Below the pieces are notes generated by a model. The model ran no database searches. It saw only the letters and a list, made by a program, of their open reading frames with translations, and was not told the DNA's origin. The position numbers and the translations under genes are program-made. Below, piece by piece: positions 46,918 to 56,223 of a stretch of 64,000 nucleotides of DNA (position 1 is its first letter; every line of letters begins with the position of its first letter). The stretch is from the NCBI GenBank assembly GCA_948695535.1, contig CAPRTS010000007.1:3164-67163 (forward strand), written 5' to 3'. This stretch comes from an uncultured Eubacteriales bacterium (GTDB lineage: Bacteria; Bacillota; Clostridia; Christensenellales; UBA1242).

Positions 46918-47907
46918 TTACATCGTACGGTCGTCAATTTGTTGCACTTGGTGGTATTCCACTTCATTTATATAAGCAATAAACTCATGGATCTCAAAGC
47001 AACCATACTTACCAGCCAAAGCCTGGTAATTATAGTTCCTTTGAGAGCCAAGACCGATGTTGCCAACTTTGGCCGCGGTATCGTGTAGCCCGTGCAAACT
47101 TTCGTTATACAAGGCTAACTCAATAGTTTTTTTAATTAAGGCGGGGTTAACGTTGGTCGTCTCGCCAATAGTGCTTAACAAATTATCCATCTTGTCGCGA
47201 ACAAAATCACCGTTCATAGCGTCGTAGGTTAAATCTGTTCTACTTAAATGGCTATCAAAAATAGAACTCTTGGTTAAATCGGTGTCAAAATCTTTACTAT
47301 TTTTGTAATTGCCTAATGATTTTTTGTAGGCATCAACCGCCAAGTATTCGTAACAAGCATTGAAAGCAAAGAAATCTTTATCGTCAACAAGTGAATCGCG
47401 CAAAGGGTACATAATGTTGGCGTAGGCTTCGTAATTGTTTTTAACATCATCACCAACATAGGTGGTGTTATTGTTTTGGTTACGGCTGTTGGCCAAATTT
47501 TGTTTCATCAAAGCAATGTATTCGTTTTCGTATTCGTTGTCCAAATCGTTTTGCAATTCGGCCACCATTTTGTCCATGATGATTTTCGCGTCATTGTATA
47601 ATTGCGGACCTTTGGCTTGGTCGTCGGTTCGGGCAAAATCAATGTTGTCCGGGGCAAAGGCGATACCGCTGTAATCGCTGATGTTATATTGGGCACGGAT
47701 TTCGTCCGCGGTCATGTCCTTTAATGTTTTTGTCTCTTCCTGAGTGTGGTCTTTGTCGGGGGTAGGGTGGTATTCTTCTTCCACGGTGCTGCCGCCCGCG
47801 TTGTTACCGCAACCCGCGGTACCCAGCATTAACGCGGTCGCCAAAACGCCCGCTTGTAATCCTTTCGTAAAATATTTTCCTAATTTTTTTAATTTTTGAT
47901 TTTCCAT
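46918..47907 (-). CDS. Putative lipoprotein, function unknown
   Basis: ATG 47907 is preceded by AGGAAGT. The signal peptide with lipobox-like ALMLGTAGC is followed by a Gly/Ser/Glu-rich linker. The first 21 codons of the ORF-track model were discarded. Confidence 0.7.
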   Translation of the reverse strand: MENQKLKKLGKYFTKGLQAGVLATALMLGTAGCGNNAGGSTVEEEYHPTPDKDHTQEETKTLKDMTADEIRAQYNISDYSGIAFAPDNIDFARTDDQAKGPQLYNDAKIIMDKMVAELQNDLDNEYENEYIALMKQNLANSRNQNNNTTYVGDDVKNNYEAYANIMYPLRDSLVDDKDFFAFNACYEYLAVDAYKKSLGNYKNSKDFDTDLTKSSIFDSHLSRTDLTYDAMNGDFVRDKMDNLLSTIGETTNVNPALIKKTIELALYNESLHGLHDTAAKVGNIGLGSQRNYNYQALAGKYGCFEIHEFIAYINEVEYHQVQQIDDRTM

Positions 47908-48110
47908 ACTTCCTATTTTACGCTCTTTCCCGCCAAAAGTCAAGATAAATCCGCTAAATTCTTTTGCCAAATGTTACCAACGACCGTCGTCCGCCGACCG
48001 TAAACCTTTGACCCACAAAATACAGTGGCTATTATCCTTGCTTAACCACATTTTGCGGTGGCGGTGCGGGTTTCCCTTGTCCAAAGTGCCAAAAAGCGCT
48101 ATCATATTTT

Positions 48111-50306
48111 ATGATTATCGAAGCCGTCGTCGCGTCCGTGGTGTACAGCAACGCCGAAAGTGGCTATACCGTGTTACGGTTGGACAACAATTTGACTGCC
48201 GTCGGGATTGCACCGTTCGCCGCGGTCGGGGCGGGGTATCGTTTCGTTGGCGAGTTCGTGAACAACGCTAAGCACGGCAAACAATTCGCCTTTAAGGAAA
48301 TCACGTTGTTGCCACCCGACACGGAAGCCAAAATTTTGGCGTTCTTGGGCGGTGGCTTATTACCCGGAGTAGGCCCCGCGACCGCGCGCAAAATTGTGCA
48401 ACGCTTCGGCGCGCAAACGTTAGACATAATTGCCAACGACCCGCAAGCCTTGTCGCAAGTGCGGGGTATTTCGCCCGTTAAAGCCCAAACCATTGCCGCG
48501 AACTACCGCAGTATCCGTCAAATGCAAGACGTAATGATGTGGTTGTACCGTTTTGAAATCAGTTTGAACTTGGCACAAAAAATCTACCAATATTACGGCG
48601 ACGACACGATTGCCACCGTCGCCAAAAACCCGTACGCGCTGATTGAAACCATTGACGGGATTGGCTTCACCACCGCCGACAACATGGCCAAAACGCTGGG
48701 CGTCGCCTATAACGGCACGTTCCGTGTGCGGGCGGGGATAGTGCACACTTTGAAGGTCAGCGCCGAAACCGACGGGCACACTTACGTGACCTTGCCCGAT
48801 TTGGTCGGCAAGGTTTGTCACTTGTTGCGCATTAAAATGGCAGAGTTAACCCCGACCTTTAACACGATTATCAACGAGTTATGCATGGATCGTGTCGTGG
48901 TGCCGGTCACTATTGACGGTGAGCAAGGTATCCAGTTAATCCGCTTCTTTAACGCCGAAAAATCCATCGCGCAAAAAATCCGCTTGCTGATGCAAGAGCC
49001 GAAAACCCCCGCGCGCGTGGACGAGTTAATCGCCCATTACGAGCAGTTGCGGGGGATAACTTTCCACGCGACCCAAAAGCAGGCCATCAAACAAGCGGTC
49101 AGTGGTGGCGTCACGGTGATCACCGGGGGGCCCGGCACGGGGAAGACGACGATTATCAACGCAATTTTGTACATTAACCAAGCCAACGAGTTGACAACCC
49201 AGTTGTTGGCGCCGACGGGGCGGGCGGCCAAGCGTATGGAAGAGGCTACGGGACAGCAGGCGATGACGATTCACCGTTGCTTGGATATGGATTACAAAAT
49301 GGGCGCGGGCAAGTTTACTTACGACGACCCGAACAACTTTATCCGGCAAGACATGGTGATTGTCGACGAAGTTTCCATGTGCGATTGTCTACTGACGGCG
49401 TCGTTATTGCGGAAAATCTTGGTTGGCACGAAGGTGGTCTTCATCGGCGACATTGACCAGTTGCCCTCGGTGGGGGCGGGAAACGTCTTGGCCGATATCA
49501 TTGATTCGGGCGTGGTGCCGACAACGCGTTTGACCCAAATTTACCGCACAGCCGAAAACGCCACGATTGCCGTTAACGCTCACCGCATCAACAATGGTGA
49601 AATGCCGTATCTCGATAACAAAAGCAGTGACTTCTTTTATTGCAATGTGGAAACACCAGATTTAATTAAAGATGAAATATTGGGGTTGTGTTTAACACGA
49701 TTACCACAATATCTTGGGGTTGATCGTAATAAAGTGCAAGTTTTGGCGCCGATGAAGTTGGGCGCGGCCGGGGTTATCAATTTGAACCAATGCTTGCAAG
49801 CGGCCTTAAACCCACCTGCCCCCAACAAGGACGAATACACTTATGGTAGCACTGTATTTCGTTTGGGTGATCGCGTGATGCATACGGTTAATAACTATCG
49901 CCAAGAATGGACGAAAAATCACGAAACCGGCAAAGGGATTTTTAATGGCGATATTGGTAAAATTGTTGCCATCAACGCGGCGAACGGGGAAATTACCGTG
50001 GAATTGGAAGACGGTCGGGTCACGATTTACCCGCGCACCGAACTGAATGCGTTAACTTTATCTTACGCAATTACCGTTCACAAAAGCCAAGGCTGCGAAT
50101 TTGACGTGGTGGTTATCCCCGTGGTGGCGGGGGCGTACATGATTATGACCCGTAATTTGCTGTATACGGCGGTAACGCGCGCTAAACGACTGGTAGTCTT
50201 GGTCGGGAAAACGGAAAATATCCAAAAAATGGTGGCGAACACTTACACCAAAAAACGCAACAGTTGCTTGAATAAATATTTACAATATTTTACCGATATG
50301 GCATAA
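48111..50306 (+). CDS. recD2: RecD2-type (YrrC-like) SF1B ATP-dependent DNA helicase
   Basis: 731 aa with Walker A GGPGTGKTT, Walker B MVIVDEVSM, and VFIGDIDQLPSVGAGNV. The C-terminus has SYAITVHKSQGCEF and LLYTAVTRAK. Confidence 0.9.
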   Translation: MIIEAVVASVVYSNAESGYTVLRLDNNLTAVGIAPFAAVGAGYRFVGEFVNNAKHGKQFAFKEITLLPPDTEAKILAFLGGGLLPGVGPATARKIVQRFGAQTLDIIANDPQALSQVRGISPVKAQTIAANYRSIRQMQDVMMWLYRFEISLNLAQKIYQYYGDDTIATVAKNPYALIETIDGIGFTTADNMAKTLGVAYNGTFRVRAGIVHTLKVSAETDGHTYVTLPDLVGKVCHLLRIKMAELTPTFNTIINELCMDRVVVPVTIDGEQGIQLIRFFNAEKSIAQKIRLLMQEPKTPARVDELIAHYEQLRGITFHATQKQAIKQAVSGGVTVITGGPGTGKTTIINAILYINQANELTTQLLAPTGRAAKRMEEATGQQAMTIHRCLDMDYKMGAGKFTYDDPNNFIRQDMVIVDEVSMCDCLLTASLLRKILVGTKVVFIGDIDQLPSVGAGNVLADIIDSGVVPTTRLTQIYRTAENATIAVNAHRINNGEMPYLDNKSSDFFYCNVETPDLIKDEILGLCLTRLPQYLGVDRNKVQVLAPMKLGAAGVINLNQCLQAALNPPAPNKDEYTYGSTVFRLGDRVMHTVNNYRQEWTKNHETGKGIFNGDIGKIVAINAANGEITVELEDGRVTIYPRTELNALTLSYAITVHKSQGCEFDVVVIPVVAGAYMIMTRNLLYTAVTRAKRLVVLVGKTENIQKMVANTYTKKRNSCLNKYLQYFTDMA

Positions 50307-50315
50307 TGGAAAGTA

Positions 50316-51317
50316 ATGGACATACTTAACGAACTGGCAAAAATTAAGGACGAAAACGCTTTGACGGCTTTCCACAAAAAGTACTTGTCGAAAACAGGTG
50401 AATTGACCGCACAATTACAGAATTTGAAAAATCTACCCGCTGACCAACGGGCCACGGAAGGTAACCGCATCAACGAACTTAAACGCAATGTTGAACGCGA
50501 ATTTTTCCGTAAGCAAACCGCGTTGCGCGAACAAGCCATTAACGATCAGTTGCGGGCAGATCCATTAGTCGATATTACTATTCCGGCAATTAACGTTCCA
50601 CAGGGCAGTTTGCACCCGATTACTTATTTAATCCGTCGTGTGACCGAAATCTGTCGTTCAATGGGGTTCTTGGTGGTGGACGGTAACGAAGTGGTGACCG
50701 AATACGAAAATTTTGACGCGGTCAATGTGCCGGCCGATCACCCGGCTCGTGATATGCAGGACACGTTCTGGCTGACTAACGGTAAATTGTTAAAGACCCA
50801 AACTTCGGCCATGCAAAACGAAATTTTACGCAAGCACGGCCCCGTAGTTTCGGCGATTTTTCCTGGCCGTTGTTACCGTAACGAAGCCACGGACGCCAGT
50901 CACGAATTTGCCTTTTTTCAATGCGAAGGCATGATGGTGGGGGAGAATATCTCGATCGCGAATTTGATTTACGTGATGAAAAAAATCTTATCGGGCGTTT
51001 ACGGTAAAGATATTGATGTGCGTTTGCGGCCAGGCTACTTTCCGTTTGTTGAACCCGGGTTTGAACTGGACGCCAGTTGTCCGTTTTGTGAAGGAAAAGG
51101 GTGCAGTGTTTGCAAACATTCGGGGTGGATCGAATTTTGTGGTTGTGGAATGATTCACCAAAACGTATTACGCCAAGCCAACGTTGATCCGGAACGGTAC
51201 CAAGGTTTTGCTTTTGGTTTCGGCTTGACGCGGATGGCAATGATGCAGTACGCCATTAGCGACATTCGCCTACTGAACTCGGGTAACTTAGAATTTTTGC
51301 GAGGTATCAAACGATGA
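50316..51317 (+). CDS. pheS: Phenylalanine--tRNA ligase alpha subunit
   Basis: Class II aaRS motifs: HPARDMQDTFW, RCYRNEATDASHEFAFFQCEG and GFAFGFGLTRM. Confidence 0.95.
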   Translation: MDILNELAKIKDENALTAFHKKYLSKTGELTAQLQNLKNLPADQRATEGNRINELKRNVEREFFRKQTALREQAINDQLRADPLVDITIPAINVPQGSLHPITYLIRRVTEICRSMGFLVVDGNEVVTEYENFDAVNVPADHPARDMQDTFWLTNGKLLKTQTSAMQNEILRKHGPVVSAIFPGRCYRNEATDASHEFAFFQCEGMMVGENISIANLIYVMKKILSGVYGKDIDVRLRPGYFPFVEPGFELDASCPFCEGKGCSVCKHSGWIEFCGCGMIHQNVLRQANVDPERYQGFAFGFGLTRMAMMQYAISDIRLLNSGNLEFLRGIKR

Positions 51318-53629
51318 AAATTTCGGTTAATTGGTTAAATGATTATGTTGATTTGTCGGGAATTTCCGCTCAGGAAATTGCGGCTAAGTTGACGCAAATT
51401 ACCTGCGAAGTGGAGGAAGTTATTTCGGTTGGTCGGGGACTAGACACGGTAGTGGTGGGCAAAATATTAACGTGTGAAAACCACCCACAAAGTAACCACT
51501 TACACCTATTGACCGTAGATGTTGGCCGTAAACAACCACTACCCATTGTTTGCGGGGCACCGAACGCGCGGGCGGGCTTAACTGTGGCAGTTGCTACCGT
51601 CGGTACGGTAATGCCTAATGGCATGCAAATCGAAGCCGTTAAACTGCGTGGTTATGACAGTTGTGGTATGTGTTGTTCCTATGCCGAGTTAGGCTACCAA
51701 GAAGACAACGATGGAATTATCGAATTGCCCGCTACCACCAAAATTGGCACCCCGATTACCGCGGTTTTACCGGGCTTGGTTGATGATATAATTGATATTG
51801 ATAATAAAAGTATTACTAATCGTCCTGACCTTTGGGGACATTATGGTATCGCTCGTGAATTGGCGGTAATCTTTGACCGTCCGTTGCGTGCGATTAACAC
51901 AACGAACTTACAAGCCTATAATAATTTACCGCCATTAAGCATTAAAATTGAAAATGACTATTGTTTAAGTTACGGTGCAATTAAAGTTGCCCGGGTTGGT
52001 GGTTATGCGTCACCCGCTTTAATCCAAAATCGCTTGTATAAGTTGGGACATAACAGCCACGGTTTGTTGGTGGACTTAACCAATTACATAATGTTGGCGT
52101 TTGGTAACCCATTGCACGCGTTTGACGCGAACAAAATGGGAAAAATCAGTATTGGCGCCGTGCCGTCGGGAACTGAATTTACCACTTTGAAAGACAATCA
52201 AATTACCGCCACTAAGGACATGTTGTTTGTTAAAGCCAACGGTAAGCCCGTGGCCTTGGCCGGTATTATGGGCGGTAAGAACAGCGAGATTACTGATGCT
52301 ACCACCGACGTAATTTTTGAAATTGCAACTTTTGATGCCGCGAATGTGCGTCGCACTTCGGTAACGGTGGGCATTCGCAGTGACGCCAGTATGCGTTACG
52401 AAAAAGCATTGGATCCGGAAACAAATTGGCTGGCGGCGGCAGAATTATTGCGTCTGTTAAAAAAATACGCACCACAAGCTGCTGTGGTTTCGTCCTTTAC
52501 GCGCGTGATGAACGCCAAGGCTGAACGCCCCGTGCAAAAAATTGTAGTGTCCAAACAACGCTTATGCAGTTTTACCGGGGTAGACTTTACCGACCAGTAC
52601 GACTTGGTGCAACGCAAGTTAACGGCCTTGGGTTTCAAGCCGAAAATTACCGCTAAGGACATTACGGTAACGGTGCCGTCGTGGCGCAGTTGGAAAGATA
52701 TTACCACGCCTGCCGATGTGATCGAAGAAATTATCCGTAACTATGGTTACCAAAATATTTTACCAGTAGCACCTACTGCGGAATTATCTCCGTTGCCACA
52801 TGATCCCTATGCCACGGCCAAAGACCAAATCAAAGATACTTTGGCGTGGCAATACGCATTTAGTGAAGTGCATACCAATCTTTGGTACGACACTAAGGCC
52901 TTAAAACGGATGGGGTTAACGCCGGCTACTTACGCCACAATCGCGAACCCGTTTAATCAGGACGATAACCAAATTCGCAGTGCTATGTTGCCCAGTATGC
53001 TGACCGTAGCAGTGAACAATAAGTTACAAACGGCGGTACGTGTCTTTGAGATTGGGCGCGTGATTAACGCGGACGGCAGTGAAAGTGAACACTTGGCCGG
53101 GGTAGTGGTGGCGATGCCTTATCTCGCGGTAGCACAACTGTTAACGGCGACGTTCGACCGCTTGGGTTTCAAGTTGGACTATAAACTTAAGACTTTGAAC
53201 GAACCAACTTTTCACCCGACTAATAATGCCGAAATTTGGTGCAATGGTCAGTTAGTTGGCAAAATTGGTATCATTCATCCGCACGTGATTACTTACGCCC
53301 CGGCTGTTGGTTTTGAAATCAATTTGTCGGCCATCGCGTGGGGCAGTGTTCCGCAAAATTTAGCACCCGTGTTGTCCAAATTCCCCAAAACGGAACTGGA
53401 TTTCACCTTCGTTTGGGACGGCATTTATGCCGAGTTGGCAACTATTATGGCGGGTTTCAAACACCCGTACGTGACGGGACAACGTTTGACGGCCGTGTAC
53501 GAAAACCGTTATACCTTGACCTTTACCGTTTCTTGTCGTGAAAAAACACTTGACAAAGAAGAAATTAAGCAGATTCACCAAGAAATTGTTGACTTTGCTG
53601 CTAAAAATAGTGTACATCTTTATCAGTGA
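51314..53629 (+). CDS. pheT: Phenylalanine--tRNA ligase beta subunit
   Basis: 771 aa. It has the N-terminal tRNA-binding OB domain (MKISVNWLNDYV...VVVGKILTCENHPQSNHLHLLTVDVG) and B3/4 and B5 domains. It overlaps pheS by 4 nt. Confidence 0.95.
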   Translation: MKISVNWLNDYVDLSGISAQEIAAKLTQITCEVEEVISVGRGLDTVVVGKILTCENHPQSNHLHLLTVDVGRKQPLPIVCGAPNARAGLTVAVATVGTVMPNGMQIEAVKLRGYDSCGMCCSYAELGYQEDNDGIIELPATTKIGTPITAVLPGLVDDIIDIDNKSITNRPDLWGHYGIARELAVIFDRPLRAINTTNLQAYNNLPPLSIKIENDYCLSYGAIKVARVGGYASPALIQNRLYKLGHNSHGLLVDLTNYIMLAFGNPLHAFDANKMGKISIGAVPSGTEFTTLKDNQITATKDMLFVKANGKPVALAGIMGGKNSEITDATTDVIFEIATFDAANVRRTSVTVGIRSDASMRYEKALDPETNWLAAAELLRLLKKYAPQAAVVSSFTRVMNAKAERPVQKIVVSKQRLCSFTGVDFTDQYDLVQRKLTALGFKPKITAKDITVTVPSWRSWKDITTPADVIEEIIRNYGYQNILPVAPTAELSPLPHDPYATAKDQIKDTLAWQYAFSEVHTNLWYDTKALKRMGLTPATYATIANPFNQDDNQIRSAMLPSMLTVAVNNKLQTAVRVFEIGRVINADGSESEHLAGVVVAMPYLAVAQLLTATFDRLGFKLDYKLKTLNEPTFHPTNNAEIWCNGQLVGKIGIIHPHVITYAPAVGFEINLSAIAWGSVPQNLAPVLSKFPKTELDFTFVWDGIYAELATIMAGFKHPYVTGQRLTAVYENRYTLTFTVSCREKTLDKEEIKQIHQEIVDFAAKNSVHLYQ

Positions 53630-54669
53630 ACGAGAACATCTTTTACATTGATGCTAAGACCAAAATTGTCGATTTTTTGACGACAGAATTTTCTGGTACG
53701 TTCCCGATTAAACTACAAAACCGTTTCTTGAATTTTTTCCCGCAAATTACCAATTATGAAGAAGAAGGGCATAAGTATAAGCCCGCGATTTTCTTTACTA
53801 ATAACATTGATGCGGTTGTTAAAAATGTGCCCAATGCGACCAAAATCGTGCTGTTTAACGATATTAACGAAAACATGTTTGCTTCTCGTTTGAAGAGTTT
53901 GATTCCGTTTTGTAACTTGAATTGGTGTGTTTACGTTTCCGTTTCGGACGAGAAAACCGAGTATGGTATTTTCCGGATTATCAATAGTATCAAGGACGAA
54001 AGTTTGGAAACAGTGTTGTTTAAGTCACAAACATTGTTAGACAAGAGCAACAAACTGTTTGGTATTTATGTTTATGCCGAAAATACTTGGACCATTACGA
54101 TGCGCAGTTTAAAAGGGCGCATGGTGAACGTTAATTTCGCGTTAGACATTAAAGTGGTTAATAACTGGGAAGACGAAATTAAAGAATTTGTTGATGCCAG
54201 TTTTGCTAAATTGCGTACCAGTTCCAAAAAACTGCAAGACATTAAGAACATGTACAAAAATATCTTTAAAAATGTGATGCGTTCAATTGATGGTACCATT
54301 TGTGTGGTCGTTGATTCTGAATACAAGCCCGATGCTTTTTTTGAAGATGGTATTTGGCTGACGGAACCGATTAACTTGTCGAAACTATTTGCCCAAACCA
54401 ACCAATATAACGAACAAAAATTGACGACCATTGCGGATGTGTTTATGACCATGTTGAATTTTGACGGCATAACCGTAGTGGATAACATGGGACAAATTCG
54501 GGCGTATAACGTGTTTATTGAAACTAACTTGAAAGTTGCTGGCAATATTATGGGCGGTGCCAGAAAACGGGCTGCCTATACAATTATTAACAGTAAACGC
54601 CCTAATATCATTGGTGTTTATTTCCAAAGCCACGAAGGCGAAATGTTTTACGCACCCGTTAAAAGGTGA
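53626..54669 (+). CDS. Protein with a divergent diadenylate-cyclase (DAC/DisA_N) fold C-terminal domain and an unknown N-terminal domain
   Basis: The GTG start overlaps the pheT stop (GTGA). The C-terminal half aligns to the DAC pattern: DGTICVVVD, FDGITVVDNMGQIRAYNVFI, GGARKRAAYTIIN and IIGVYFQSHEGEMFY. The DGA motif is changed to DGI, and RHR to RKR. Confidence 0.5.
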   Translation: MNENIFYIDAKTKIVDFLTTEFSGTFPIKLQNRFLNFFPQITNYEEEGHKYKPAIFFTNNIDAVVKNVPNATKIVLFNDINENMFASRLKSLIPFCNLNWCVYVSVSDEKTEYGIFRIINSIKDESLETVLFKSQTLLDKSNKLFGIYVYAENTWTITMRSLKGRMVNVNFALDIKVVNNWEDEIKEFVDASFAKLRTSSKKLQDIKNMYKNIFKNVMRSIDGTICVVVDSEYKPDAFFEDGIWLTEPINLSKLFAQTNQYNEQKLTTIADVFMTMLNFDGITVVDNMGQIRAYNVFIETNLKVAGNIMGGARKRAAYTIINSKRPNIIGVYFQSHEGEMFYAPVKR

Positions 54670-56144
54670 AAAATTTTCTGTAAGCGTGGCATAATGTCGG
54701 GGAGGTGTTCGCAACCCAACGGGTGTGGCCACTGGTCATTACCAATTTCAACAGTAAACGCGGGTATGCCCATTCTTAAAGCCAAGTAATCAGTTAACCC
54801 GCCGTACGAATTTACGGACATGACGGCGCGATATTGAGTTAACTCGGCAATGTTTTGGGCAGTGGTTTGGTCGGCCACCCGACTGTAATAGATAACTTCA
54901 CCTTTACTGTGTAAGGCTAGGCTAAGCGTTGGGTGGAAAGTGTTGATTAGTCGTAACAAGGCTTTGGTTTCCGGTTCACTGTGGGGGCGTCGCCCAATGT
55001 AGTTAGCAGGAGCGGGAGTAGTTAGGTTGCTGTGACCTTGCCCCCAGCCCGCGTCGTAATTGACATTCAAATCAACTGCGCGGGCGTTAGCTTTCCATAG
55101 ACTAAAATCAGTACTACCAAGATTGATACGTTGTAAGCGTTGGTGATAACGGCGGGGTACAGTGGTTAACCCTTGGGTAGCCAACGCGACACCATCGGGG
55201 TTACAATTTGGTACTAAAATTACCGCTACATCGTGGGGTAGATCACGGCACAACGGCAAAAGACCGTGGACAGCATTAACAGTCAACCACTCGCGCGCGT
55301 GCATACCACCGGTAATTAACAGCCGTTGTTTAGCCGATGGCTCGCCGAATAGGTAGGCAATCAGTGGCCGGTGTAAAACACTGTAACCAATAATATTGAT
55401 TGAATCTAAGTATTGTAGGTCATGATAATCGCGTACGCCGTCGGGGAGTGTATCTGTTCCGCAAAAGTCTGTGCCGATTTGTAAATGTTGACGTCCAAAA
55501 TGTTTAATAAAGTACAAATAGTGTTTTACAAAATCACAAAAACCACAATGGGTTGTGTTTTTAGTTAAAAACTTGGGTACTAAACATAAACCTACGGTGC
55601 CACCAGATTTGATGATAGTGCGCACTTGGCGGTTGGTTAAATTGCGTGGGTGGTGGCAAAGTGTGTTTAAAGCGGTGTGGGTGCAAAGCATGGGTTGTGT
55701 GGTTACGCGGGCAAACTGGTAGAAACTACGACGGTTTAAGTGGGCAGTGTCAATTTGAATACCTGCATCTTCCAAAGCCTTTATGACTTGGTACCCCCAC
55801 CGGGTAATGCCGCGGCGACTTTTGGCACCACCCGCCAAGGAGTTAGCGGCGTTCCACGTTAAACCGACGCTGTGGGGGCGCAATTTGAGAAAAGCCTCCA
55901 AATTATCAGGCGTTAAAAACCAAGCGTCTTCAATGTGTAAACGACATACGGGATAGGCAGAATCGCGGTTTAATTTATCTATCAAGCGCTTTTTGACTTT
56001 GATGGTGGCCATCGGGTCAGGCAGGCGGGTAGTCCAAACCGATAACCAAATTTCACTAACACCGTCGCTTTTGGCTTTTTGTAAATAAGTGCGCAACTTG
56101 CTGGCGGGTAGGGCTAACAATGCGTCATTATGTAAATCAATCAT
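54648..56144 (-). CDS. Fusion of an M19 (renal-type) dipeptidase domain and an M14 (gamma-D-Glu-mDAP peptidase-like) carboxypeptidase domain
   Basis: N-terminal half: IDLHNDAL, VGLTWNAANSLAGG, IQIDTAHLN, CTHTALNTLCHHPRNL (M19 pattern). C-terminal half: LITGGMHAREWLT (the HxxE zinc site), VPNCNPDG, VDLNVNYDAGWG, PHSEPET, ALHSKGEVIY (M14 pattern). There is no signal peptide. Confidence 0.8.
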   Translation of the reverse strand: MIDLHNDALLALPASKLRTYLQKAKSDGVSEIWLSVWTTRLPDPMATIKVKKRLIDKLNRDSAYPVCRLHIEDAWFLTPDNLEAFLKLRPHSVGLTWNAANSLAGGAKSRRGITRWGYQVIKALEDAGIQIDTAHLNRRSFYQFARVTTQPMLCTHTALNTLCHHPRNLTNRQVRTIIKSGGTVGLCLVPKFLTKNTTHCGFCDFVKHYLYFIKHFGRQHLQIGTDFCGTDTLPDGVRDYHDLQYLDSINIIGYSVLHRPLIAYLFGEPSAKQRLLITGGMHAREWLTVNAVHGLLPLCRDLPHDVAVILVPNCNPDGVALATQGLTTVPRRYHQRLQRINLGSTDFSLWKANARAVDLNVNYDAGWGQGHSNLTTPAPANYIGRRPHSEPETKALLRLINTFHPTLSLALHSKGEVIYYSRVADQTTAQNIAELTQYRAVMSVNSYGGLTDYLALRMGIPAFTVEIGNDQWPHPLGCEHLPDIMPRLQKIFHLLTGA

Positions 56145-56169
56145 TGGTTATGCTTATGCGGGGAAGCAG

Positions 56170-56199
56170 TTGCTAAACACTACTAAATTGTGGTATATT
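56170..56199 (+). promoter_or_regulatory. Candidate promoter for ssrA
   Basis: TTGCTA (56170-56175), an 18-nt spacer ending in TGG, then TATATT (56194-56199). This is an extended -10 type, about 25 nt upstream of the mature 5' end. Confidence 0.45.
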
Positions 56200-56223
56200 G
56201 ATAATAGGACTAACACAAGCCGT

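Noticed and set aside
48008-48271. An 87-aa ORF overlapping the recD2 start in another frame.
   Set aside because: The product is Arg-rich and low-complexity, there is no RBS, and it overlaps the well-supported RecD2 N-terminus.
50307-50315. A T-box leader expected upstream of pheS, as in many Bacillota.
   Set aside because: Only 9 nt separate the recD2 stop from the pheS start, so there is no room for a T-box. pheST appears to be co-transcribed with recD2.
54072-54732. Two minus-strand ORFs (157 and 115 aa) inside the DAC-like gene.
   Set aside because: They are nested antisense to a frame with recognisable DAC-fold blocks, and they have no start signals or motifs.
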